Assembly (NCBI GenBank): GCA_963665665.1
Contig: OY762428.1
Location: 3,680,001-3,744,000 of the forward strand
Length of the DNA stretch: 64,000 bases
DNA from: Candidatus Kapaibacterium sp.
GTDB taxonomy: Bacteria > Bacteroidota > Ignavibacteria > Kapaibacteriales > UBA2268
Direction: 5' to 3'
Within the stretch, counting starts at the first letter, position 1, and each line of letters begins with the position of its first letter. Positions 26,610 to 36,855 of the stretch are shown piece after piece. A program made the position numbers and the translations under genes. The notes under the pieces were generated by a model. That model was not told the DNA's origin. It saw nothing but the letters and a program-made list of their open reading frames with translations, and made no database searches.

Positions 26610-29177
26610 ATGGCACAAGCGAAAAAGATCACTGCAAAGAGTAATTCTGAAAACAAGAAAAGCCTGATACCCGAAAAGTATCAGAATTGGTTATACTGCG
26701 GGGCAATAATATTATTAATATTTATTTTCTTTGGCGGAGCAATCGGCGGAGGCGGGTTCAACGTTTCTGATAACGTTGCATCAGTCAGCTTCAGGCCCTT
26801 TGTAGCTGAATCGAATGAAACCGGGGATTTTCCTTTATGGATGCCTTACATCTTTAGTGGTATGCCGGGCTATTCAGCCCTGCTCGTTACAGGTGAGCGT
26901 ATCTGGGACGTTGGCCCCATGCTTGCTTTCGAAACAACCGAACTAATGGGTGCCATTTTCAATAATGATACAGTCAGAGTGCTGAGTTATTATATGATTT
27001 TCGGCATAGGTATGTTCTTCCTGATGAGATTCAAAAATCACGAAAGGTTTATATCTTTTATAACTGCCCTGGCAGCTGTATTCTCAACAAGTGTGATAGC
27101 CTGGGTAATGATCGGGCATAATACCAAACCCTTTGTGTTTTCGATGTTCCCGTTTATATTTATTCTACTTGAAAAACTAAGGATAAAATTCTCCTTCATA
27201 TACGCGGCTTTGCTGGTTTTCGCAGTACACGTTATGATGGAGGCAGGCCACCTTCAGATGATATTCTATGGGATATGCGCATTTGGAATATATTTAGTAT
27301 TTGAACTAATTTATCGCGGAATCAAAAAAGATAAACCGATCAATGTTATTCGTTCAGCTGTTATACTGGCAGTAGCCGGCGGACTGGCATTCCTTATGAG
27401 CGCTGACAGGTATTTCTCAACACTGGAATACACCCCTTACTCAACCCGAGGTTCCGCCCCGATAGTTCAATCAGAAAGCAACAAACAGGATCAATCGGGT
27501 GGAAATGATTATGATTACGCAACCATGTGGTCGTTCAATCCTGCCGAAATGCTTACATTTTTTGTACCTGAGTATTACGGTTTTGGTAAAATGGATTACT
27601 CCGGGCCGGCTACCGGGAACAAAGATGTAAAGATATATTCTTACTGGGGTACTAAACCTATTGAAGACGCTCCGCCTTACATGGGAATTATTATTTTCAT
27701 CTTTGCCATTATTGGCATAATAATCTTCAGGCGTGATCCGTTTGTTCTATCACTTGCTACCGTTTCTGTTTTCGCATTGCTTTTATCATTCGGACACCAC
27801 ATGTCTCTGTTGTATGACATCTTCTATAATCTTGTACCCGGATTCAATAAATTCAGGGCGCCGAGCATGGTTCTGGCATTAATGCAGTTCTCATTCCCGA
27901 TTCTTGCAGGTTACGGCCTGACAGGACTTGTTAAAATGAGCAGGGAAGGTAATCCGGATATTCAGAAATGGCTGAAAATTTTATTTATTGTTGTTGGCGC
28001 TTTCCTTGGGCTTGCAATTATATTCAATCTTGGAATGAAAGGTGCTTATCTTGATGCCGTGGCAGCAACAAGCACCGGCCAAAGGCTTCCTGCCGAAATA
28101 CATAATTTCATCTGGAAAACAATGATTAACGGCTGGTATATAACAGCTATTCTGGCTGTTGCAGCAGTTGGTGCACTGTGGTTATTCGTGAAGAAAAAAA
28201 TTAATTCAACTATTTTCTTTGCTGCTATTGCGCTTTTTGTTATCATTGATCTGTGGCGCGTTGGATCTAATCCAATGGAAATATCAGATAATAAAATTGA
28301 ACAGGAAATATTTAAACGCACGGATGTAATAGATTTTCTCAAAAATGATAATTCAATATATCGAGTTGCTGATTTTGCATCAGCTTCACCAAATATGCCA
28401 GCTTATTATTTCCTTGAAAATGTAAATGGTTATCATTCTGCAAAACTCAGGGTTTATCAGGATCTGATGGATGTTGCCAATATTATCGAAGAAGGCTCGA
28501 CATCCAATATCAGGAATCCACTTCTTTGGGATATTCTTAATGTTAAATATATTATTACTGACCAGAACCTTTCCTATAACGGCCAGTTTATGATGCAGCA
28601 GGGCCCCGACGGTAAGCCGGCACTGAGCAGACGTTACCAGGTTGCACATGCATCTCAGCAGACGGGCAGCTATGTATTCCAAAACAATAGCGTACTGCCG
28701 AGGGCATTTTTCGTTAAAAGCGTTGAGAAAGCAGAACCTATGCAGATTCTCAGGCATCTCAAGAATAATGATTTCGACCCCCTGGAAAAAGCGTTTATTG
28801 AAAAAGACCTGCCGGTTAGTATAGATGTTCCAATGGAAGGCGTTAATGCCAAAATCGTGGAGAAAAAACCTAAATACATGAAGATAGAAGCCGAAGCAAG
28901 CGGGAACAACCTGCTGCTGATCAGCGAAATTTATTATCCTGCAGGCTGGAAAGCCCTTATTGACGGAAAAGAAACGGAAATACATAAAACAAATTTTGCT
29001 TTCAGGTCGGTTATTGTTCCGGCTGGAAAGCATACAGTCGAGCTGAAGTTCGAATCGGAGAAATTTGAATCCGGCAAGACATACAGCATCATGGCAAATG
29101 CAATTACCATTCTTTGCCTTGCTGTCGGGATTTTTCTTAATTACAGGAACAGGAACCAGTCCCGGAAAGAAGATTAA
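26610..29177 (+). CDS. YfhO-family membrane protein (GT-C-like)
   Basis: Many TM helices; 'PLWMPYIFSGMP', 'PGFNKFRAP', 'GYHSAKL..YQD', 'SEIYYPAGWKA.IDG', 'VPAGKH'. Confidence 0.9.
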   Translation: MAQAKKITAKSNSENKKSLIPEKYQNWLYCGAIILLIFIFFGGAIGGGGFNVSDNVASVSFRPFVAESNETGDFPLWMPYIFSGMPGYSALLVTGERIWDVGPMLAFETTELMGAIFNNDTVRVLSYYMIFGIGMFFLMRFKNHERFISFITALAAVFSTSVIAWVMIGHNTKPFVFSMFPFIFILLEKLRIKFSFIYAALLVFAVHVMMEAGHLQMIFYGICAFGIYLVFELIYRGIKKDKPINVIRSAVILAVAGGLAFLMSADRYFSTLEYTPYSTRGSAPIVQSESNKQDQSGGNDYDYATMWSFNPAEMLTFFVPEYYGFGKMDYSGPATGNKDVKIYSYWGTKPIEDAPPYMGIIIFIFAIIGIIIFRRDPFVLSLATVSVFALLLSFGHHMSLLYDIFYNLVPGFNKFRAPSMVLALMQFSFPILAGYGLTGLVKMSREGNPDIQKWLKILFIVVGAFLGLAIIFNLGMKGAYLDAVAATSTGQRLPAEIHNFIWKTMINGWYITAILAVAAVGALWLFVKKKINSTIFFAAIALFVIIDLWRVGSNPMEISDNKIEQEIFKRTDVIDFLKNDNSIYRVADFASASPNMPAYYFLENVNGYHSAKLRVYQDLMDVANIIEEGSTSNIRNPLLWDILNVKYIITDQNLSYNGQFMMQQGPDGKPALSRRYQVAHASQQTGSYVFQNNSVLPRAFFVKSVEKAEPMQILRHLKNNDFDPLEKAFIEKDLPVSIDVPMEGVNAKIVEKKPKYMKIEAEASGNNLLLISEIYYPAGWKALIDGKETEIHKTNFAFRSVIVPAGKHTVELKFESEKFESGKTYSIMANAITILCLAVGIFLNYRNRNQSRKED

Positions 29178-29204
29178 TTATTTTTTTGAAACACAGGAGT
29201 TATC

Positions 29205-29633
29205 ATGCCAAAAGCAGAAAAAGGAAATGTAGTTGACGTACATTACAAAGGAACACTTGACGACGGGACAATGTTCGACAGTTCAGAAGGACGCGAGCCA
29301 CTCAGCTTTACTCTCGGTTCAGGCGAAGTGATCGTTGGTTTTGACGAGGGAGTTCTCGGAATGGAAGTTGGAGAAAAAAAATTGGTAAATATTCCGGCTG
29401 AAAAAGCTTATGGCCCGCACAGGAAAGAACTCGTTCTTGAAGTTGGCCGCGACCAGCTTCCTCCGGACGTGAACCCTAACAGGGGCGACAAACTTGAAAT
29501 GCAGGACCCGAACGGGAACAGGATTCCTGTAACAGTATCAGGCCTTACGGACGAACATATCATCCTTGATGCCAATCCTCCGCTTGCCGGCGAAAACCTT
29601 AATTTCGAACTTGAACTTGTTGCCGTAAAATAA
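29205..29633 (+). CDS. FKBP-type peptidyl-prolyl isomerase (SlyD/FkpB-like, no His-rich tail)
   Basis: 'VHYKGTLDDGTMFDSS', 'PAEKAYG', 'LDANPPLAGENLNFE'. Confidence 0.93.
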   Translation: MPKAEKGNVVDVHYKGTLDDGTMFDSSEGREPLSFTLGSGEVIVGFDEGVLGMEVGEKKLVNIPAEKAYGPHRKELVLEVGRDQLPPDVNPNRGDKLEMQDPNGNRIPVTVSGLTDEHIILDANPPLAGENLNFELELVAVK

Positions 29634-29653
29634 GAAATCAACTCATAGAATAT

Positions 29654-29689
29654 AAAAAGCTGTCCTGAGAAACCGGGGCGGCTTTTTTT
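29654..29689 (+). terminator. Rho-independent terminator
   Basis: AAAAAGCTGTCC..GGGCGGCTTTTTTT. Confidence 0.8.
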
Positions 29690-29711
29690 ATGGGGAATAC
29701 ACTCCTGCTTT

Positions 29712-29825
29712 CTGCCACTTTTTCCAATCCAACTGTCATTTTATCATAATCTTAACAAAATTCTGACAAATTTTTCGTCCGGGCTGTCATTATTTCATAC
29801 TGCCGGAAATTGGCATGGAATTCGT
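29712..29825 (+). promoter_or_regulatory. Four CTG(A/T/C)CA boxes plus a sigma54-like promoter upstream of hsp20
   Basis: Boxes at 29712, 29733, 29763 and 29784; TTGGCATGGAATTCGT at 29810-29825. Confidence 0.55.
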
Positions 29826-29912
29826 AATACAGTCCCGTGAAAGCGAATTTCAATAATCGGTTTATCAGATTTATCTAATTAACTTTGTCTAACTAATGAT
29901 TTGGAGGTTGCT

Positions 29913-30356
29913 ATGGCTATCGTAAAATTTGATCCCTTCCGCGGTTTCGAATCATTGACCAGGCGGATGAATCAGTTCATGAACGAATTTGACCGCGATA
30001 CGCGGACGTTTGATAACAGCAGGGTTTTCCTGCCCAAGGTCAATATCCGCGAGGATAAGGAAAATATTTACGTAGACGCTGAAATTCCCGGAGTAAAAAA
30101 GGATGATATCAAGCTGACACTAAACCAGGATAATATCCTTGAGATCCGGGGCGAGAGAAAGGCCGAAGAGAAGAAAGAAGGCGAAAATTACATTCGCTAT
30201 GAAAGTTCTTACGGCGAATTTACACGATCCTTTATGCTTCCGGATGCAGCTGATAGCGAACAGATATCAGCTGAGTACAAAGATGGTATGCTTCGCCTGT
30301 CGATAGGTAAGAAGGAAGAGGTGAAGCCGAAAGAAAAAGAAATTGCAATAAACTAA
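29913..30356 (+). CDS. Small heat-shock protein, Hsp20/alpha-crystallin family
   Basis: GGAGG SD site; 'PKVNIRE', 'AEIPGVKKDDI', 'YGEFTRSFMLP', 'AEYKDGML'. Confidence 0.95.
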   Translation: MAIVKFDPFRGFESLTRRMNQFMNEFDRDTRTFDNSRVFLPKVNIREDKENIYVDAEIPGVKKDDIKLTLNQDNILEIRGERKAEEKKEGENYIRYESSYGEFTRSFMLPDAADSEQISAEYKDGMLRLSIGKKEEVKPKEKEIAIN

Positions 30357-30369
30357 TTTCCCGGTTAAT

Positions 30370-30408
30370 ACGCGGGGCTGCTTTAACCGGCAGTCCCGTG
30401 ATTTTTTT
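30370..30408 (+). terminator. Rho-independent terminator
   Basis: CGCGGGGCTGC..GCAGTCCCGTG-A-T7. Confidence 0.8.
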
Positions 30409-30754
30409 GAGAATATTTACAAAACATCAATGAAATATGCACTGAGGAAAGCGAAGAGATCATTCATCTGGTAAATGTTGCAAGAAATAGATTCTGCAGA
30501 TGCAAGCTCTTTAAGCCTGCTCCGAAATGTCGGGCAGTGACAATTTTGCAATTATTCTTTTCAAAACAGAATAATATCAGATTTGCTGAGCAAAGACGCA
30601 AATTATTCTATCGAAAAATAATTTGTATAATACGCTGAATAGAAATAATTTTGTAGCTTTGTTTTTAATGACTTATTATTATTATAAATTGTTTAAACTC
30701 TATTTCGTCTTATGCACACTAAGAATGATAATATTTTAAAGGAGACGGGTTAAA

Positions 30755-31498
30755 ATGGCGGATAAAAATAAAGGCGGAAATAATAAATCGCGGGCAAAGG
30801 GGATTGCCAGGGATGTTTTTGCTGCTTACAGAAAGAACAGGAAAGAAAAAGAAATTCCGATACAGGATGAAAATGAGGATATTATGACCGATGAAACTGA
30901 AAAAATTGATGTGAAACCGGAAAAGGATTCTGAAGCAAAGAAAGAAAAGGATGAAAAAGTTTCTGCAGAAACTTCTGAAAATGATAAAAAAGACCTGACC
31001 GAAGAAGACCTGCTGGAAATTGTTGATAATTATAACAACATTTTAAAAGAAAGAGACGAACTTAAGGATAAACTTATCCGCAACACTGCCGAGATGGAAA
31101 ATATTCGCCGCAGGACTGCCAGGGAAAAACAGGACGCGATTATTTATGGTAATGAAAAACTTCTGGATAAACTTCTCCCTGTTATCGACGACCTGGAAAA
31201 TGCCGTTGAAGCCGGAAAAAAATCCGGAGAAGGTGATGCCCTACTACAGGGTGTGGAAATGATACTGAAAAAAGCCCTGAAAACTTTCGAGGAATCCGGC
31301 GTCACAAAGATGAAAGACCCCACGGGCGAAGAATTCGACGTTAATTTCCACGAAGCCCTTATGCAGATGCCTTCGGATCAGCCTGAGGGGCATGTGGCAC
31401 AGGTTGTTCAGCCGGGATACATGATCCACGACAAAGTACTCCGCCACGCAAAAGTAGTTACTTCATCGGGCAGCCCGGCAGAAACTGAAAAGAAATAA
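30755..31498 (+). CDS. grpE: Nucleotide exchange factor GrpE
   Basis: 'AEMENIRRRT', 'LLPVIDDLE', 'FDVNFHEAL', 'GYMIHDKVLRHAKVV'. An alternative start at 30883 is possible. Confidence 0.95.
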   Translation: MADKNKGGNNKSRAKGIARDVFAAYRKNRKEKEIPIQDENEDIMTDETEKIDVKPEKDSEAKKEKDEKVSAETSENDKKDLTEEDLLEIVDNYNNILKERDELKDKLIRNTAEMENIRRRTAREKQDAIIYGNEKLLDKLLPVIDDLENAVEAGKKSGEGDALLQGVEMILKKALKTFEESGVTKMKDPTGEEFDVNFHEALMQMPSDQPEGHVAQVVQPGYMIHDKVLRHAKVVTSSGSPAETEKK

Positions 31499-31528
31499 TT
31501 TGATAATTAAAAAAGATTAAGATATAAA

Positions 31529-32686
31529 ATGGCTAAAAGAGATTATTACGAAGTATTGGAAGTTAGCAGGGACGCCTCGGCGGAAGAAATAAAGTCAAGT
31601 TACAGGAAGAAAGCCATTCAGTTCCATCCGGATAAAAATCCCGGTAATTCCGAAGCCGAAGAAAATTTTAAAGAGGCTTCCGAAGCTTATGAGGTGCTCA
31701 GCGATGCTGATAAACGCGCCCGATACGACAGGTTTGGTCATGACGGTCTGCGCGGCGGACAGGACTTTCGTTCTTCGGGCAGCGTGGATGATATTTTCTC
31801 AGCTTTCGGGGATATCTTCGGCGGCAGTATATTCGGTGATTTCTTTGGCGGCGGACAGGCCCGAGGACGTGGCAGGCGTTCACCCGGCGAGCCGGGCAGC
31901 GATATTAAGATCAGGCTGCCCCTGACCCTGGAGGAAATTGCTACAGGAGTTGAAAAAAATATTAAACTGAAACGCATGGTGAATTGTGATGAATGCAGTG
32001 GCAGCGGCGCCAAACCAGGCTCCGGCCACGCAACATGCCCCACCTGCAACGGGGCAGGTGAAATCAGGCAGGTTTCGAGATCATTATTCGGCCAGTTTGT
32101 TAATATTCAGCCATGCCCCGCCTGCAACGGCGCAGGGCAGATTATTAAAGATCATTGTATGGCATGTTCAGGCGAAGGCCGTGTGAAAGGCGAAGATACT
32201 ATCACGGTAAAAATCCCTGCCGGAGTGGAAGAAGGAAATTACCTGCCGGTACGCGACAGAGGAAATGCAGGCCGCAGGGGAGGAACTCCCGGAGATTTGA
32301 TTGTGATCATTGAAGAAAAAGAGCACGAGAACTTTACCCGCCAGGGCAATGATATAATATTTGAATTGATGATAAGCTATCCTTCGGCAGCATTGGGAAC
32401 TGAAGTTGAAGTACCAACACTACACGGAACCGAAAAAATTAAAATTGAAGCAGGTACACAGCCCGGTACAACAATAAAGCTGCGCGACAAGGGAATCCCA
32501 TTCCTGAATTCTTACGGCAAGGGCAACCAGATTGTTTATGTTAATGTATTTGTACCAAAGAAACTTGATTCAAAGGAGAAAGCTCTTCTAAAAGAATTAG
32601 AAGAAAAACCAAATATTTGCCCACGTAAGAAGGACCAGAAAAAGAGCAAGGACTTCATCGATAAGATCAAAGATCTGTTCTCGTAA
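31529..32686 (+). CDS. dnaJ: Chaperone DnaJ
   Basis: J-domain with HPD, G/F-rich region and four CxxCxGxG motifs. Confidence 0.98.
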   Translation: MAKRDYYEVLEVSRDASAEEIKSSYRKKAIQFHPDKNPGNSEAEENFKEASEAYEVLSDADKRARYDRFGHDGLRGGQDFRSSGSVDDIFSAFGDIFGGSIFGDFFGGGQARGRGRRSPGEPGSDIKIRLPLTLEEIATGVEKNIKLKRMVNCDECSGSGAKPGSGHATCPTCNGAGEIRQVSRSLFGQFVNIQPCPACNGAGQIIKDHCMACSGEGRVKGEDTITVKIPAGVEEGNYLPVRDRGNAGRRGGTPGDLIVIIEEKEHENFTRQGNDIIFELMISYPSAALGTEVEVPTLHGTEKIKIEAGTQPGTTIKLRDKGIPFLNSYGKGNQIVYVNVFVPKKLDSKEKALLKELEEKPNICPRKKDQKKSKDFIDKIKDLFS

Positions 32687-32727
32687 TTATTTTCTCATAA
32701 CCATCAATATCGAACAAAATATTAAAC

Positions 32728-32760
32728 AATCCGATCGCATAAGGTGTTCGGATTTTTTTT
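32728..32760 (+). terminator. Rho-independent terminator after dnaJ
   Basis: AATCCGA..TCGGATT followed by a T-tract. Confidence 0.7.
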
Positions 32761-32831
32761 CGATTATAAGTTATTTTGTTTCCATTCAGCTAAGTTGATA
32801 TTATTATGTTTTAAAAAAAGAATTGCAAAAT

Positions 32832-33115
32832 TGTCATTCCCCGAGCTGTCACCGATAAATCGGAAATATATCGGAACCAGCGGTGGACAGTGCCGTTTTT
32901 GTTCTGAAGTCCCCCGCCAGCGGGTGACAGATAATGTTGTCTGACGGAGCGAAGCGTCCGAAGAATCCATCTTTGTTTACAGATAGTGTGTGAAGAATCC
33001 ACCCCGTTTCGCTGCGCTTGCCACCCCTCAACGAGGGGAATTATTTCCATCCTTCCCAAGCGGGGCTTGGGAAGGAGTATAAAAGAATGGATTCTTCGCT
33101 GGCGCTCAGAATGAC
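32832..33115. repeat. REP-like mosaic (cluster C)
   Basis: Copy of the ~100-bp composite (32934-33038); exact copy of CCTTCCCAAGCGGGGCTTGGGAAGGAGTA (33051); inverted arm GGATTCTTCGCTGGCGCTCAGAATGAC; CCGATAAATCGG; CCCCCGCCAGCGGG. Confidence 0.85.
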
Positions 33116-33209
33116 CTTCCAGCAACTATAATAACTTCAATCGTAAAAAGAAACCTTCCACAGGTTCGAACCCTGCAGAAGGTTTAATAAAATATTAAAA
33201 TTGCAATTC

Positions 33210-34274
33210 TTATGCTACGGTCACTTCTTTGGTCAGGTAAACATCCTGGATTGAGTTGAGAAGTTTCACGCCATCTTCCATCGGGCGCTGGAATGCTTTC
33301 CTGCCGGAAATAAGGCCCATACCGCCGGCACGTTTGTTAATAACAGCGGTTTTAACTGCTGCGCCGAAATCATTGCTGCCTGATGCGCCGCCGCTGTTTA
33401 TAAGGCCAATCCTGCCCATGTAAGTATTGGCTATCTGGTAGCGGCAAAGATCGATCGGATGGTCGCTGTTCAGCTTGGTATAAATTTCATCGCTGTATTT
33501 GCCGAATTTCACACCGTCGGAGTTCATTGCAATATAACCGCCATTGTTTGTGGCAAGTTTCTGCTTAACTATATCGGCCTGGATAGTGGCGCCAAGGTGG
33601 TTGGCCTGGCCTGTCAGGTCGCTTGATGAATGATAATCTTTATCCTTTTTAAATTCCGGGTTGCGCAGGTAGCACCACAGAACGGTGGCCATGCCAAGCT
33701 CGTGTGCAAGCTGGAAAGCTTCTGCTATTTCAACTATCTGTGCACGGGCATTGTCCGAACCGTAGTAAATAGTAGCGCCAACAGCCGCAGCGCCCATGTC
33801 ATAAGCCTGTTCTACCTGGCCAAAAAGTACCTGGTCGAATTCATTCGGGTAAGTCAGTAATTCGTTGTGATTGATCTTTACGAGAAATGGAATTTTATGT
33901 GCATATTTCCTGGAAAGAATACCGAGAACGCCAAATGTTGAAGCTACAGCATTACAGCCGCCTTCCATTGCAAGCTTCACAATGTTTTCCGGATCGAAAT
34001 ATGCCGGGTTGGGTGCAAAGCTGGCTCCGGCCGAATGTTCAATTCCCTGGTCAACAGGAAGTATCGACAAATAGCCGGTACCGGCCAGCCTGCCGTGATT
34101 ATACATCCATTGCAGGTTACCCAATACACGGTTGTTCCTGTCGGATTGAGCAAAGATCCTGTCAACAAAATCAGGCCCCGGAAGGTTAAGCTGATCTTTG
34201 GATATCTTTGGAGTATCGAACCCAAGGAGGTTTTCGGCATCGTTGCCAAGATATTCGCGAATTTTCTCTATCAT
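33210..34274 (-). CDS. fbaB: Class I fructose-bisphosphate aldolase (FbaB/DhnA)
   Basis: '[26 protein letters not shown]', 'ADIVKQK', '[20 protein letters not shown]'. Start set at ATG 34274 after GGAG. Confidence 0.96.
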   Translation of the reverse strand: MIEKIREYLGNDAENLLGFDTPKISKDQLNLPGPDFVDRIFAQSDRNNRVLGNLQWMYNHGRLAGTGYLSILPVDQGIEHSAGASFAPNPAYFDPENIVKLAMEGGCNAVASTFGVLGILSRKYAHKIPFLVKINHNELLTYPNEFDQVLFGQVEQAYDMGAAAVGATIYYGSDNARAQIVEIAEAFQLAHELGMATVLWCYLRNPEFKKDKDYHSSSDLTGQANHLGATIQADIVKQKLATNNGGYIAMNSDGVKFGKYSDEIYTKLNSDHPIDLCRYQIANTYMGRIGLINSGGASGSNDFGAAVKTAVINKRAGGMGLISGRKAFQRPMEDGVKLLNSIQDVYLTKEVTVA

Positions 34275-34641
34275 CTGAGTTTCTCCGTTTATAAATAACA
34301 AAATCAATATCAAAAATTGCAACTTTTATTATAGCAAAGATATTAACATTAGGGATTATATAAAAAATAATTCGTGACAACTAAGAATAGAAATTGAAAA
34401 AAAGTATGTTTACTTCATTACAAGTATTGGCAATGATTTCAATTCAATCCTCCCAGCTTATCACAAAGCAGGATATATAAACATTTTGAATCCCCAGCCG
34501 GAAGGGTTTAAAGCCAACTGTATGATTGATTCAGCACTGCTTTCAAATAATCTTAGGAAGAGTTTTAGCAAAAAAAAACATCTTATTCGTCTATATATTT
34601 AATAAATTGCATCATTGAAAATGACAAAACACGATTGGACA

Positions 34642-35964
34642 ATGGCAACAGCGCATAAAAATAGAAGAAACAAGAACAGAAAAAGGATTTCGGAGAAAAA
34701 AGTTAAGCCGGTAAAGAAAGAAAATCCGGTTAATAAGACCATTCTAAATAACGGAATCAGAATTTTAACCGAGGAAGTGGAAAGCGTAGAGTCATTTTCG
34801 CTTGGAATTTTTATTACAGCGGGCTCAAGAGATGATTTCAAAGCTTATGAAGGAATGGCTCACCTTCTGGAGCACGTTACATTCCGATCCTGCAAAAATG
34901 GCACATCAAGGCAGGTAGCCGCTAAGTTCGAATCCGTGGGCGCTCACCTGAACGCCTATACAACCAAGGAATTTACCTGCTACCACGTCAGGGCCCTCAA
35001 ATCTAACGTGAAAAAAATATTCAACTTATTAGCAGATGTTGCGCTGAACGGCAATTTTACACAGAAAGAAATTGATGCTGAAAAACCTGTGGTTATCGAC
35101 GAGATACGCTATTACAACGACGACCCCGAGGAAACTGCCGCCGAAACTGCCGACAAAGCGCTTTTCCCCGGCCACAGCCTGGGAGTTCCTGTTGCCGGTT
35201 ATGAAGACAGTGTAAAAAGGATTAGCGAGAAAGAACTAAAAGAATTTTACAATAAATTTTACTCGCCGGAAAATATTATAATTGCCGCCTCGGGTAATAT
35301 CAGGCATGATAAAATGACGAGCCTTGCCGAACAGCTTTTTGCTGATAAAGTCCCGTCGGGAAGCGAATCCGGAAGAACCGTGCCGGATGAGATTGAATCT
35401 CCTGTGGCAATAGAAAAAACTTATCCCTCGCAACAGGTTTACTGGACTTATGGCCACCGTATGCCCGGTATTAACTCCCGATTCAGGATAAAAGTGAAAG
35501 TGTTGGATGAGTTGTTTGCCGGAAGCATGAGCTCGCGCCTTCAATACAGGCTAAGGGAAAAGGAAGCTCTGACTTATAATATTGAATCCGAGATGGATAT
35601 GTTCTCCGATTCCGGGGCTTATTATATAAACTGTTCCTACGATCCCGACCTGAAGGCAAATATTCCCGCTATAATATTTGCTGAAATGGAAAAAATACTG
35701 ACCGGCAAAATATCCGGCGCGGAACTGCAAAGGGCAAAAGAACAGATTAAATCCGGCCTTGTGATGGAAATGGAAAGTATGTCTGCCCGTATGGATGCAT
35801 TGGTTAGCGCAGAGGTTAATACATACGGCCCGGCAGGCATCAGCGATATTATACGCGAGGTAGAAGGCGTTACCCGCGAGGATATTGTTCAGGCAGCCGG
35901 GGTTATCTTCGACCGCTCGAATGCCGTGATAGTGAAATTGGTACCCGAAAATAAAAGCAAGTGA
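34642..35964 (+). CDS. M16 (pitrilysin-family) zinc metallopeptidase
   Basis: 'GMAHLLEH' (HxxEH), 'LNAYTTKE', 'SMSSRLQYRLREK'; basic N-terminal extension. Confidence 0.92.
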   Translation: MATAHKNRRNKNRKRISEKKVKPVKKENPVNKTILNNGIRILTEEVESVESFSLGIFITAGSRDDFKAYEGMAHLLEHVTFRSCKNGTSRQVAAKFESVGAHLNAYTTKEFTCYHVRALKSNVKKIFNLLADVALNGNFTQKEIDAEKPVVIDEIRYYNDDPEETAAETADKALFPGHSLGVPVAGYEDSVKRISEKELKEFYNKFYSPENIIIAASGNIRHDKMTSLAEQLFADKVPSGSESGRTVPDEIESPVAIEKTYPSQQVYWTYGHRMPGINSRFRIKVKVLDELFAGSMSSRLQYRLREKEALTYNIESEMDMFSDSGAYYINCSYDPDLKANIPAIIFAEMEKILTGKISGAELQRAKEQIKSGLVMEMESMSARMDALVSAEVNTYGPAGISDIIREVEGVTREDIVQAAGVIFDRSNAVIVKLVPENKSK

Positions 35965-36114
35965 TTGCCTGTTATTTTCTTTGCGAAGCTACTGCTATGT
36001 AGCGGAATTTTTTAAAGCCGGGTTTGAAGGTTTTATAGTTCAACTTTGTAAGAATTTCCGATTTCCTGATATTTATTTGAAATGATAGAAACCGGCTATA
36101 AGGAGCCCTGAGTT

Positions 36115-36412
36115 TTATTTTGCGTTCAATCTGTCTTTCCAGTATTCCGGCTTACGGTGGAGATGCATAATAGCTATTATTAAAACTTCATTATCTTCAT
36201 GAGAATAAATTATACCATAAGGAAATCGTTGGACAAGCGCTTTTTTCGTATTTTCTGAAATTTTCGGCCATGAATCAACAAAGTTTACAATTTTCTCAAT
36301 AGTTTTTTATCTCATTGGCAAAATCAAAACCAAGCCCGTCACTCTGCTCATTATAGTAATTAATTGCCTCTTCGAATTCCAGTTTCGCTTTGCTGAGAAA
36401 ATTAACCTGCAT
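36115..36412 (-). pseudogene. RelE/ParE-family toxin, frameshifted
   Basis: MQVNFLSKAKLEFEEAINYYNEQSDGLGFDFANEIK, then a frame change at the T6 run 36303-36308, continuing TIEKIVNFVDSWPKISENTKKALVQRFPYGIIYSHEDNEVLIIAIMHLHRKPEYWKDRLNAK*. Confidence 0.85.
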
Positions 36413-36413
36413 A

Positions 36414-36635
36414 TCAAACATTCAACGATGAAAAAACTTCGTTGGCTGGAATCTTTTCAATTGATCCTTTTTTAGCAGCTTTTAGTCTTTCCTCTGCTTC
36501 AAGGGCCCAATCATTTTCAATTTTTTCCATAGCTTCAAAATCAAAACTGCCCAGAATGTGTTCAATTAATTGAGTTTTTTCTATGGGTGATAGTTTTAAA
36601 GCCTGTTCAAATAGTTCTTCTCTCGATATAATCAT
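36414..36635 (-). CDS. Putative addiction-module antitoxin (TIGR02574-like)
   Basis: 'QALKLSPIEKTQL', 'W..EAEERL', 'IPANEVF'; lies immediately upstream of the ParE-like gene. Confidence 0.85.
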   Translation of the reverse strand: MIISREELFEQALKLSPIEKTQLIEHILGSFDFEAMEKIENDWALEAEERLKAAKKGSIEKIPANEVFSSLNV

Positions 36636-36855
36636 TGTTTTACCTAATATATTATTTATCTAAAAGAAAACACTTCTTTCAATAATAATAACAAGCAAAT
36701 ATAATTAATATTTGAATTTATACAAATTAATTACAAAAGTCACAAAGAGGAGCTACTTCTGTATTTATATAGTCCTTAAAACCAATAGGTTGAAGTCCCG
36801 AAGAGCGGCATATATTAACAATATGCCACTCCTTGGGAACAGTCTGATTCAATCA

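Noticed and set aside
30410-30754. CIRCE/HrcA operator upstream of grpE-dnaJ
   Set aside because: No TTAGCACTC-N9-GAGTGCTAA-like inverted repeat was found here or before hsp20.
33150-33186. tRNA T-arm-like CAGGTTCGAACCCTG
   Set aside because: No D-arm, anticodon arm or acceptor stem; it is the top of a hairpin (AAACCTTC..GAAGGTTT) downstream of fbaB, more likely a terminator or repeat.
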